NCBI GenBank assembly: GCA_015680685.1
Contig: MNCI01001656.1
Location: 62,001 to 126,000 of the forward strand
Source of the DNA: Gnetum montanum
Taxonomy: Eukaryota > Plantae > Gnetophyta
Reading direction: 5' to 3'
DNA: 64,000 nt
Translations under genes and position numbers: made by a program
Shown here: piece after piece, positions 36,466 through 49,226 of the stretch
Layout of the letters: every line of letters begins with the position of its first letter
Position numbering within the stretch: position 1 is the first letter of the stretch
Notes under the pieces: generated by a model
What the model saw: only the letters and a program-made list of their open reading frames with translations
What the model was told of the DNA's origin: nothing
Databases searched by the model: none

Positions 36466-39447
36466 ACACATTCCTATTTCATCGATTCAAGGTCAGAAAT
36501 GTGCAATTTATCACTTTGGATTTCATCAAGAAGGCCTAAGAGAGCTATCCGCAATGAGGGAACTTGTAACTCCAAAGGTAAAATAGCGTCAAATCTGTAT
36601 ACAAGACTATATGGAGTTTTACCTGTAGATGTTTGATGTGTCATTCTGTATGCCCATAATGCATAGACTAGTTTTTTGTGCCATTGCCTCTTACTCTAAT
36701 TTAGCATTTTTTTGAGCACCATGATGATAGTTTTTTTTGTAGCCTCCTCTTGACCATTGCTCTATGGGTATTAAGGTGATGAGAATGCATGTTTAATACC
36801 TAGGCTTTCATAGAAGCTTTTAGTATCCGCATTGCTGAATTGTGGCCCATTGTTGGTAACGATGGTTATCAGAAAAACAAAATGGGTCATGATGTTTTCT
36901 ATTATGAAAGTGCAAACATGCTTAGAGGTGGTCTTCCTAAGGGGAATAGCTTCTACCCATTTTGTGAAATATTCAGTTGCAGTGATAATGAAGCTATGCC
37001 CTGCAGAAGATGACGACATTATTGGTCCAATTAAGTCTAATCCCCATCTTTGGAATGACCATGTCATTTGTGTTTTTTGCAATTCATTAGGCAGCACATG
37101 TATTAGGTTACCATACCTTAGGAAAATGTCACATATCCTAACTTTGGAGAAGAAATCGTATTCCATGTGTGGCCAGTAGTAGCCCAAACACCTAATCTTT
37201 GTTGCCATTGCTTTGGGTGCTATGTGCCCTCCACAAAGTCCTTCGTGAACTTTTTCTATAATCGTTTGACCATCGATGGTACTAATGCACATAAAAAAAA
37301 TGCCTTCATAGGATTTGTAACACAATGTACCTCCTATTATTGCATATTGCTGAGAGCATTTTCACACTATGTCCTTTTGAGCATTTGTCAAATGTTGTGG
37401 AGGTTCACCTTGCAGAAGGTACTCTTTTATGTCATCGTACCACTCTATTGCATGGGTTGTGCTAATGGATGCTATGGACATTTCATCAAGAGTATTTATT
37501 ATAGGTTTGGCACAATTTGTTATAGAGCTAGGCAACACATGGAACATTTTGGGTGTCATGCTTAGGGCTAATGTAGCAAGTGCATCAGCAATGGTGTTCT
37601 TGCTTCTAGGGACATGTTGTATATCCATGTCTACTAATTTCTTTAGCAGATGTTTGGTCAAATTGCAATATGGTTGCAAATGGAGAGCCTTGCATGTGTA
37701 AACTTTTGTGACTTGATTAATGACTAACTGTGACTATTAACATTCTCATCGAGGAATTCAGTGTTAATCATTGCTTGATCATGCATTGGCGAGACAGTCA
37801 ATTGTGTGACTATTTCTTGACCTTTTGTGGAGGATTGAGCAACATAGTGTAGGTCAAACTCTACGATCATTGCTTTCCATCTAGCTATCCTACTTGACTC
37901 GTAGATGTTGTTATTGATGGTGCGGGCACATTATTCTTGCAAATGATGTAGACTTGATTACGGAAGAGATAATGCTGCCATTTCTTTAAGGAGAAGACAA
38001 GGGCAAGGCATGATCTCTCCACATCATTGTATCATTTTTCATAGGTGATTAGCACATGGCTTAAGTAATAGATGGGGATCTCGATTCCATCTTCACATTT
38101 TTGGCAAAGCATCGATGCAATGGAAGAACCAAAGGTTGCAAGATAGATGTAGAAGGGTTTATGGCTCTGTGGGGGATAAATCGTCAGCAGTTGAGCCAAC
38201 TCTTGCTTTATGTCCTCAAATGCTTCCTGGCACTGTTGAGTCCATTAGAAATGCACATTCTTTCATAGTAGGTGTTGCATGGATCTCAACCTATTTGTGA
38301 GATTTATGATAAAGAGTCTAATGAATTGTAACCTAGCTTGTAGACTACGTAGTTTGGTAAGGTTTTTTGGTGGTTGCATGTTAGTTATTTCCTTAACATT
38401 ATCAGGGTCTACTCATATCCCTATTTTAGAGACTATGAAGATGAGAAGTTTGCCCATTTTTACACCAAAGACACACTTCTTTTGATTGAGTTTGAGGTCA
38501 TGTTTGAGACAATGTTTAAGAACTAAGTCTAGAGCTTTTGCATGTTGTTTGGTTGTTTTGGAGTTAACTATGATGTCATCAACGTAATCATTGGGAAAAT
38601 TGAGCATGTAATCACTAAATATATATGTCATTGCTCGTTGATATGTAGCACCTATATTTTTAAGACCAAACAACATCATCGTATAGTAGAATGTGCCCCA
38701 AGGTGTCATAAAGGTTGTCCTGAGTTGATGTTCTGGGTTGATTCTTATTTAATTGTAACCTAAAAATCCATCCATAAAGGATAACAATGCGTGCCCAGCA
38801 GTTGCATCAAAAAGTTGATCGATACTAGGTAGCAAGAAGTCATCCTTTATCGTGGCCATTTTAAGATCATGGAAGTCAATGCATATGCGTATACTACCAT
38901 TCTTCTTAGGGACTACGATAATGTTTGATACCTAATCAGAATAGTCAATAGCTCAGATGAAATCAACTTGGTAGAGCTTTGTGATTTCATTACAGACTGC
39001 TAACACCACTTCAGGTCTAATCTTTCATACCTTTTGCTTCACAGGTTTGAATTTTTCATCGAGGATAATGTTATGTTGGATGATTCGAGGGTCCAACCCT
39101 AGCATGTCGGTATATGACCATGTAAATGTTTTTATATTATCTTTCAGTGCTTGAGTGATGTCACTAACAAGTTGTAAGTCTAGCAGGGCACTTAATTTCA
39201 ATGTTTCAGTTTCATCATTGGACATAATAATGGGAACTTCAATGAGAGGATCTTCAGTAATATTATCAACCTCTAGATCTAAAGTCTTAGCCACATTTTT
39301 AGACCAGTCTGACGTTTCCTGAGTGGAGGCTATTAAATTAGTGTAAGCGTATGGGTCTAGATCCAAGGATTCTAGCTTGATTACTCTTTTTACTTCTCTG
39401 TGTGGTCCATTGAGAGACAATGTTGAATGGATATTCTTGGTGGCCAT
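36466..39447 (-). pseudogene. pol: Element C pol (RT-RH-partial aRH-INT), interrupted by B
   Basis: MTPWGTFYYTMMLFGLKN, DYVDDIIVNS, VHEGLCGGH, EYFTKWVEAIP. The N-terminal half of aRH is deleted near 37735. Confidence 0.92.
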
Positions 39448-40900
39448 GTGCTTGCTCCTACCAATTTAAACTAGGAGCGAAGTGAGTACATTGGCTTAAC
39501 GAGGGAATTGTTAAATGCAAATGAGCATAGAGTAATTAATCTATGGACTAATGAAATTGCAGAATGCAACAGTAGTCTAATGTCATACTTGGACCATATG
39601 ACAATTTTAGGCCATACCGGGCTGGTAATATTTAGTGTTATGGATGAGTGTACGGAATATTGTTAATTTCTATGTTTTGTGCAAAAAACAAGTCTATGGG
39701 ATTTTATAGTTTTATGGATTTTCATGCACGCCNCAATGAAATAATGAGGAATACTATGTAAGAGTGAAAAAAAGATGTAAATAATAATATGAAAGCAAAA
39801 GTTAATCCTAAAACATGATAAATTATTAAAAATAAATAAATAAAATAAAATAAATAAAATAAATAAACAAAATGGAAATGAAGATGGGAGTTAAAAAGGG
39901 GATTTTGAGGTAAAGGGGCGTCATTTGTGCTAGCATGAGTTCTTGGGCATTTGGATTGTAGTGTGAGCAAACTAGAGAGTGCAATGTAAGCATTAGCGTG
40001 AGTTGCAGCATGAGTTATAGGAGTAGCAATGAAGGGCAAAGGGAAAGCAAGCCAAGGCAAAGGGAAGAGGCAAGCAAATTTGGCGTTCATGGAGGAGAGT
40101 GAAGAGCTACTTTAGTGTCTCCCTCAAGCAAGAATTCCAGCATGGGATGGAGCTCTACGTAGGTTCATTTCTTCTTGTTTCTTTTTGGTATTTTGTGAAT
40201 AGCATTAGCTAGGGCAGCATGGTCTCTCATGGCCACTATTTTCTGCTGTATTTTCAATGTGATTTTGGGTTTTTTCTACCATGTTGGATCAAGATGGTTT
40301 TCTATGTTTTTCTTGCTACGTTTGGGGGGGGGGGGGGGGGGGGGGTGGAGATCAGGGCTTGTACTAGGGTTTATGTTTTGCCGACTAGTAGCATGAGCAC
40401 ATTGACGTGAACTCAGAATGAACACCCATGGCATTGTGAGTCCAGGGTAGCATGAGTGTAGGGTAGCGACAGTGTGTGTTTCCTTGGAGAAACCCCAACA
40501 TGAGTGCGTTGCAGGGTAGGTAGCGTGAATCCCTAGGGGTAAGCTCAGCTTGAGTGGTCAGGGAAGCGTTGCGTGAGTGATAGGAAAAAACCATAGTGTG
40601 AGTTCCTGAGAACCAGCAGCATGAGTTCTTGAGAACAGGCTCAGCATCAATTAGGATAGTGTAGCATGAGTGCTGAGAACAGGCCCAGCATGAGTGCCAG
40701 GAATAGGCCCCAATGTGAGCACCAGGGACATGCCTAATGTGCATTGTAGGGAAGGCCCTAGTGTGAACAAATTGATGTAAAACCAATGCAAAAAACCAAG
40801 GTAGTGTGAGCTACAGGGCGATGTGACTGTAGGTAGTGTGAGCTACAAGGTGGCCCAGCATGAGCACTAAGAGGAAACCCCAGTGTGATTTAGCACATGG
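36466..40900 (-). mobile_element. Element C: 5'-truncated Tat element closely related to B (pol plus ~1.4 kb of upstream spacer)
   Basis: Pol 39447-36466 aligns with B pol by eye. 39450-40900 resembles B 28000-29530. No accessory gene, gag or 5' LTR remains. The right boundary is approximate. Confidence 0.85.
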
Positions 40901-43900
40901 AGTAGTAGGACTATTGTATTTGGGAGGATAGCAATTATGGAAGAAAGTGTGGTTTATGAAGCCACCTAGGAATACAAGTTGTTCAACATAATAACAATAT
41001 AGATCCAGTTGACAATAAGGGTATTGTTACCTTGATTACAACATTCCCCATGACTTTGGGATTTGCCACTAATGATAGTAATCCTAAGGATGAGGTGGAA
41101 TTCTACTTGGATAGTACTACTGTTGGTGGAACTTTTGTTGATAACTACCTTGAGGATAAGGCAACCTTTTAGATGCTTATCTTTTGGTAAATTTTGAATT
41201 TAAAGAATAGAATTCATATTCTTACAAGTGTTATAGAATTGGGTAACATCCCTTGGGATGGTTATATTAGCAAATGTCACAACCTTCGTCATCTCTATTA
41301 AATTGACAAATTTTTCTACTACTACAGCTTTATCTTTCTAATGATAATAGTCCTTTACTATGTCCTTCTTGCTACTCTTATCCTTCTTCCTACTTCCCTA
41401 TTCTATTTTCTCCTCCATGATTTTATGTGTTGTTTATAAATTCTCATCTAGATAATTCTACTTCTTATTCATCTTGGCCAATATTTTAGTGATGGATTTT
41501 TGGATTAGCAAGCTCTTTCTTTACATCACCTTCTCTAATACTACTTCCTCCTATGAGTTATAGAGATAGACCTCCTAGTGTATATGGAAGAGTCTCTATT
41601 ATACTTCTTTATAATTTCTCTTTTTGTTAACTCCTCTTCTTCCTTTGCTACCTAGTTAATAAGTCTTTAAATTCAATGGACCCTCATTTTTGTTAGTCTT
41701 TCCTATGTATAGATACCAAGAATATATCTAGTTTTGTTTATAAGTCCATCTATGATGTGGTGAAGTTACTTCCTCTAAGAGAAACCATGACATGGATGTC
41801 AATTTAGAAAAGAATAGTACCTTCCCAAGGATATTTCAAGGGATTCATAATTATCTTAATTTCACTCTTCAATCTATTTTATTAGGTTGGAAACCTTAGA
41901 GAACATATAATATTTATCATTGAATAGCTCTAGTATTGTGCTCCATCTAAGAATAAATTCTAGATCTAAATATTGATACCAACTTTTATCTTCCTTTATC
42001 AGTATCATGGGGAATAACTTAAGTTTTTGGCACTTATTTTCAATGTTTTACAAAGAACAAGCATCATGGAAGGCCTATAGATGATGATGTAGATCAACAT
42101 TGTAATCTCCCTCTTATTTAGAAATATTATTCATCAATCCATTCAATTTGGCTATCCCTTTAATTCCTACTAGAAATGTGGACTACCTTACAAATGTTGA
42201 TCATGCTTCTTTTAGCTAGCTATGATTCATCATAGTCATCTCATTTATCATGGCCCTTGTCATGGTCATGTCTCCTATGATGTGGCCTGCTATGCCTTCT
42301 CTCTTGATAGTGCCCCTCTTCTTCTTATTCCTATCTATGTTATTTTCTTCCATCTCTATAATGGAGTCTTCTATCATTTCCACATTTTCTCTATTCATTT
42401 TCATTTTATCTTGATCATGTTCTTCCTCATCAAAGCTAGTTGATGAAAAATATGGTGAGGATTGAAATCTATGGGATTTATTTTATCTTGTTCCCTTGGT
42501 TATTCTCTTATTTGATGATTGGGAGAGTTTTTAGGTCTCCTTGGTTCTAGGTCTAGCTCTCCCCTTCTCGTAGTTGGTTGCTAAGGTACAATACAATCAT
42601 TAATGAGTAATGTTATCTTCATTAAAGAGAGGAGGACCTTGGCATTGGAACTACACTAATGGATATTCTATGTTCTTCATTTTAGACTATGGTGTTAGCA
42701 TGATTGTAATGTTTTTACCCTTAGAGGCATCATATCTAGCCTCCATCAGTTTATCTTTGCAAAGTTGAAGCTATGTAGGTTGATAGTCTCTTAAGAGATG
42801 ATCCATCACGTGGCATTCAAGAGTAGTTTATTCAAGTCCCAAGTTGATTAATGTTGACCTGAACATTGATGGAACAATTCTATTTAGTATTAACACAATG
42901 TTATCCTCCAAGTCTCTCTACCATAGCTAATCATCATAGTAAAGGATAAAAGTGAAATCTTGATACTATGGATTTGGATGAGCATAGATTACTTTGAGTT
43001 GTTAGGATACTTCATCTGAATTATTTCTTGTTCTATTATGTTACTTTGTAGAATCATTCGTATGTGGGAAATTAGCTTGATGAGAAGAAGACATATTATA
43101 ATTTGTTTTCATAGTGTGCCTTTAATAAAATATTAGTATTTTTCTCATGAAGGTTCATTATGTTCCTATAATGGTATTTGTATGATTTAATTATCTATAG
43201 TACTTAGTGCATAAAACAAGATCCTCAACAATGACACCAATAATGAGTAGCAAGGATTCCCTACATCCAACCATACAGATCACAAGCATATACATGTGAT
43301 CCAGTCAAATTTCATGGACCTTAAGACTAACTGTGTCCTAGATAACTAAGTGTTATGTGTTGGTCATTGTTTTCTCCATCATCACTTGTGTCAACTTAGT
43401 TGGTATGATTAAGTGTGACTAAGAAATAAGATAATTTTATTTTTATTATCATTTTTGTTTTTATTTTTATATTAAAACATTAAAATGACAAACAAAGGAA
43501 AGTATTAATTTCTAATCTAAATATGGAAGTAAGAGTAGACTAATCTATCCTAAGCATATAGTAGTCATTCCCACATTCTATACCCATCTTGAACCTATAC
43601 TAACATTGTACAAAGTTTCCACTCATCATATTACTAAGAATTAATATATCATGCTTGAAGTGGTTATAATCATGCTATTATAGAATAAAATATTAATTTA
43701 AAGTTCTTGGGAAAAAACCAAGTGTTAATCAAAGTGCTGCAATTGAAGGAATCAATGTCAATTTTATTTCCATTTGTGGATTGTATTTAGGTATAATACC
43801 ACTTGAATAAAACTTCATTTGATTAATTCATTTTATGCTATAGGAACTTAGAGGAAAATTTTTCTAAGTTATATGAAAGCAAACTGTAAGAACTTCACTA

Positions 43901-44045
43901 CATAGTTGACCAAAGGTGCCATAAGTGTGGTTTATGATTGCATTTATATAGGCTTTGGGGGCACCAACATTAATGCATTAAAGGATGCATCGATGGGGAT
44001 GCATTGATGCATGCCTATCGATGTAGCTAATTGACAAACACATCA
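40900..44045 (-). mobile_element. Element D: Athila-like Gypsy 5' fragment (LTR ~43241-44045, tRNA-Asp-type PBS 43222-43239, decayed gag)
   Basis: Minus strand LTR TGATG...CATTA. PBS TGGTGTCATTGTTGAGGA is a decayed TGGCGCCGTTGCCGGGGA. Gag HL*AFHDACSL*NIENKCQKLKLFP..KSWY at ~41900-42110 is homologous to 62020-62230. Confidence 0.75.
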
Positions 44046-47000
44046 TTAGTGGGCATTGTCATATACCTCTTTACTAGGATTCCATATAGGATAGACAAAG
44101 GACCATAATAGAGATCATTCATGAGTGTATGGAATAGATTAAGATTGTTAGAGGTAGACTACATGTAACACAAGATAGACATGCCAAGTATGTAAATAAT
44201 AAGAAATAACCATTGAAATTCAACATTAATGATTGATTTTTTTCTCAAGGTTTCATCATTAAAAGAGATTATGAGATTTTGTAGAAGAGGAAAGTTAACT
44301 CCTTAGTACATTGATTCCTTTTAAATTTTAAGAAAAATTGATGAAGTTTCTTATCAGCTTAATCTTCTATAATAATTGCAATTAATTCATGATGTGTATC
44401 ATGTGTCTATGTTGAGGAAGTATATTGCAAATTCTTTTAGAAGATAGATCAACATGATGTTGACCTTCAACCCAATGTTAGTTTTGTTGAATAACTAGTT
44501 AAGATCATGGATAGGATGGAGAGAAGATTGACAATGTCATCTTAATTATACAAGTTATCTAGGAAAGATATGAATCATAAGAAGAAACATGAGATGTCAA
44601 GAAATATTTATCTATGACACACTATGAGATCTTCTAGGAGGAAGATTGTTAAGGTGGGAAGAATATAATACCCCGATGTTAGATATCCCTTATCCCTTTG
44701 ATATGTTTGTGATTTTAACCCTTGAGGTCTTGTTTTCTAATTTATTGCTATGCTTATTAATCCTATTCTTATATTTGACCATACTTTTGTGATTTAAGCT
44801 ATGTACTTTACTAGTTCATTTTATTTTTCTTAATTTTTTAATATTTAAAGGTTTATTTCTCATTTGTTTTCCTTTAATTTTATTTTATTAGACCAATTTT
44901 CGATGTTTTACTGTTTGAAATATTTAGTATTTTAATATTTTTANCATTAGCTTGAACTTAGACATAGCTATCAACTTGGGGCTTAGACATAGCTATTAAA
45001 TTTCTCATAAGAGATGTTCAGTATGTCAACATTTGGCAATAGCTCATGTAAGAAAAAAGGATTTAAAAATATTTTTAAAATTAGAATTTCTTTTTAATTT
45101 TTTTTTCCATGAGAGCTTTCCTTTACCCAAAGCCGCCAAATCTTTGTAATAATATATACTTGACAATTATTCCATGAGAGATAAAACAATTACATAGTTA
45201 ATATTGAGGAGATAGAGACAAAGAAGAATACTCTACCATTTTAGAAAGAAGCTATATCTAAATTTAAACTATCAAACAAAACTTGTTGTAAGCTATATTT
45301 CCCTATCTTATTTAAGATATTCGTTAGATTTCATTGTTAATCTACAATCTTGCCTAGGATTTGAAGATGAAAGCCATGCAAGGATCCTTTCTATAGTAGT
45401 ATCAATTGCATGTAGGGTAATTTTGGTGTTTGACTCATAGTAATAGGTTTTGGTGATTTTTGTTTTATGTGCATATATCTTCTATCAATTTTTGGTTGTT
45501 CCACAACTATATACCAAAATGATCAAATATTTAGATTTAAATATTTTATTATTTTTTTCTAATTTAGGCAATTTTGAGATTTAATATCATGCTTGGGATA
45601 TTATTTAATGTTTTGATCAAATTTAAACATGTTTTGACTACTTTTGATCACATTTGCCTTTTATTTTGAATTTTGCCAAAAATTCAACTATAGAAGCATG
45701 GTTTTGAGCCATTTCTTGTATTTTTTAACCCTAAAATAATCTTGAATTCTAATGGAGTAGAAGGAAAATTTGTCTATCTTCTTGGCAAGGACCATAAGGT
45801 GTCATCCTTGGTTTGTTGCATTCCCATCACTAGGTAGCAATGCAAGTTGCAACGCATGACGTGAGCATTTTTATCTTCAACATGAAAAATTAAGAAAATT
45901 TGGTAAAGTGACTACTAATCTTTGAGTAATGGAAAACTGAGAAAAGGATGAAAACCATAGCTTATAGAAATTCTAAGAATTCTTGAAAACCTAAAAATAA
46001 TAACTCATAACATTCTAGCATTTTTAGCAATATAGACCAAGCTTTATGAGTCTGAATTCCATATTTGATATTTTTCTGTATTTTTGGACATTCATCTAAA
46101 CTTACATTTTAATTTTGGCCTCATTTAACACGTTAGAACTTTCTATTTGATAACCCAATTCTTAATCTTTGACTTCTTTTTGGTTTCATATAAATGTTAG
46201 AATTTGTCTTTCCACCATCAAGGGATTTATTTATTTGTTTAGATTTGGCATTTTTTTCATTTTACTCTAGTTTCAGTTTAGCCATAATAATAACTATTTA
46301 TTGTGACTACATGTAAAGCATATCATAGTGGTGAGCCAAATACATACACATGAAGCATATCATGGTGTTCAAGTGAGTACTTATATGGGAAGTATATCTT
46401 AATAAGTATAAAATTTCTCATTCAATTCATTTGATGGGTTAGTAGGTGATGGTGAAGTTTTCAATTCTTTTAATTATTTATAAAATTTTTGTTGTTATTA
46501 TTATTATTTATTGTTTTTATTTTTTTGTGTTAGTTTGTAGTAATTCCATATGCATAACCATCTAGTTACCTAAACTCATGAGTATTTGTTAGTTGACTAG
46601 TTTACATGTTTGTTCTAATTATAGGATCTCTATTATACTTTTTTGGTCTTTAGTGTAGGCCTACCTTTATTCCATATTTAATTCATATTTCATTATTATT
46701 GGGACAAGGCTAGGATGATGATGATGTGAATGAATTTATGTTGCATTATCATAATTTAGTTATTGGAATATTTTACAAGTTTTGTCATCATTAGAGCTTA
46801 ATACATTTTAATGAAATTTCATATTATTTAAAATTTTGTTGTAAAATTCTATATTTTATTCCATTGTAAATTTTTGGTAATTATTTATGTTATTTTTGAC
46901 TTGGAAATTATGATTTTGTATTGCTTTTCTTAATGCACAAGTTATGTTTCATATGCATGGAGATATTGGTAGTGTATTCTTTTATAATGTTTTATCTTTT

Positions 47001-47180
47001 GTTGTGTGTTACTTGTCCTTATATACCTATTTTTATGGATATCTACTTCTTTGCCTATTTGATTTTCTTGGCATTCATTTGACTTTTATTAAGAAGCATT
47101 TTATTTTATTTTATTTTCATATTTCAGTTTTCATATAAGTAATATCTTTCTAGCCTAAGCCTCATTAGAGGGATGTTACA
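44046..47180 (+). mobile_element. Element E: 3' end of a Tekay-type chromovirus (INT C-terminus, chromodomain, PPT, 3' LTR 44664-47180)
   Basis: FLKVSSLKEIMRFCRRGKLTP*YI...IHDVYHVSMLRKY...LQPNVSFVE*LVKIMDR; PPT AAGGTGGGAAGAA; LTR TATAATACCCC...GGGATGTTACA. Confidence 0.8.
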
Positions 47181-48170
47181 TTAACACTTTACATAATTAA
47201 TTAATTAATTAACATCTTTCTTATTTTCTCTTGTTGAGGGATGGCATTTTTATATAGTTGTGTTTAGTGTCATGATGGTATATTCAGGATGATGCAATGA
47301 GATGTTACTAGTGAAGGTATAAATTTGGTTTGAAACATTGATAGACAGGTGTGATAGTCATCTTAACCATAATTGACATAAAAACTTATTATGGATATGC
47401 TATGGAATCTCACATCTCAATATCTAAAATTCCTTTTTGTTCCATTATTACCTTCATTATTGTATGCGATTACATGCCTAATGACTTTGTTTAGTATATT
47501 GCAAGATCCTTGGTAACAATAGTTATGTGGGTGTGACACATTAACTTGGTCGACATTTAATTTTGAATAGGTCCATGGACACCTTATGAGATGGTTATAC
47601 AAGAGAATTTAAGATATGATCTTGCTTTGGAAAGGATCCACTTCTATAACTATTGAACATCTAGTCTATGCATTGTTCCACATGTCAAATCATTTAAGTG
47701 CAGTTCCATTGATTGATTGCATTTACATTTCTACTTATTTTCTATATGTTTTATGAACTAACTATCATTTGATAATATTCACTCTTAATAATTATTCTTT
47801 ACTAATATATTCAGAATTTCTATTCACATCTAATCACTATCCTCATGTTTAGAACCTTCATATGGCTCTTATTAGACATCAAGCTTGCTCCAAAATTCAT
47901 AGAAAATTGTTAACCTTAGCAACAATAACATAGTAGGGTCAATGAAGCTACCTATGTCGATGTAGCATTATTATTGCATTAATGTTGACATAGCAATATA
48001 AATATTTAAATATTCATGAGAATTAGTGAACGTTTTATTATTAGCTCATTCTACCAAGGACATTTTAACATCTAAGGAGCCCAAGCATTTTAAGAGTGGT
48101 ATCTCATGAACCAAAACACATTTTCAATCCTATTTAAAGACTTATGAGCTTGTGAACTTAATCTCTACAT

Positions 48171-48998
48171 TGTGGGATAAAAAATGAATATTTTTAAATA
48201 CTTTAGAATCCCATTTTTCAAATGCTAAAGGAAGTTAATGAGAAATAATAATTAAAATAATGATAACTTAAGAATAATATCTACCTTAGGATCTCTACAA
48301 TGATAGATTGTAATCACCTTGAAGAATTAGTACCAATTTTTTTGAAATTAAGTGAAACCCCAAGGATGATTAATGGTAATAATTTCACACACATATTAAT
48401 TAAAGAATAATGACTAATTGCCAATGTTATTATAGATGGAATCTAAAATATTTTTAGGTGAATGTTTCATCTCAAAGGATGGAAAATCACCCAAGGGGAA
48501 GACATGATCAAGGACAAGAATATCCATAAGATGAACCAAAGCTCACACATACAATCAGGCCTCTCAAAGAAGAGCCTAAGGTAAAATTTATCTAGTAGAT
48601 TCAAATAGCAAAGATTAAATAGTCTAAGGAAGATGAAGTATCTGGACCCAGGCCAAGCCTAAAGATCATGTTAATGGATATTTTTCTAGTGTTAATTAGA
48701 GCCAAGAAAATTTCGAGCTCTATTCTATAAGAGAAAACTTTAGATCTTTGTTGGTGTTTGCTTCATAAGAGATTTGGGAGTAGTTAAATTTATCATCATT
48801 TTAGCTCACAATTTCTACCAATGAAGATTGTTATCTTGGAAACACATATCTCTTCTAGAATAATTACTAGGGAGATGCAACTCATAAAATCAAGGATATC
48901 ATAATCTTCTACTTGGTGGAGACCATTGTAGAGGCCCTAGTATTTCCTAACATGGGGGCTAACCAAGTAGAGGTATCCACAAAATATGGTATTAAGAG
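48171..48998 (+). repeat. Possible decayed LTR with a tRNA-Met-like PBS
   Basis: TGTGGGATA...GGTATCCACA (48981) followed by TGGTATTAAGAG; no partner LTR in the window. Confidence 0.35.
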
Positions 48999-49226
48999 TA
49001 AAAATGAGAGGATTTGAAAGATGTTATGAAGTTGATAATAATATATACAATGTACTCGCTGAAGCAAAAAGGCTTTATTTCAAGATTTAGGTGTACCACA
49101 TAAATCCAACTGTATGCTAAAGTAAAGTTACATTCTTCTCCCCATAGATCTATTCTATAGTTAGTAGGAAGTTTCCAATAAACTTACTGCAACTCATCTT
49201 TCTCAAAATAAAGAAGTGTTTACAGA

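Noticed and set aside
47250-47720. Possible gag remnant
   Set aside because: Too decayed for any diagnostic motif to be assigned.
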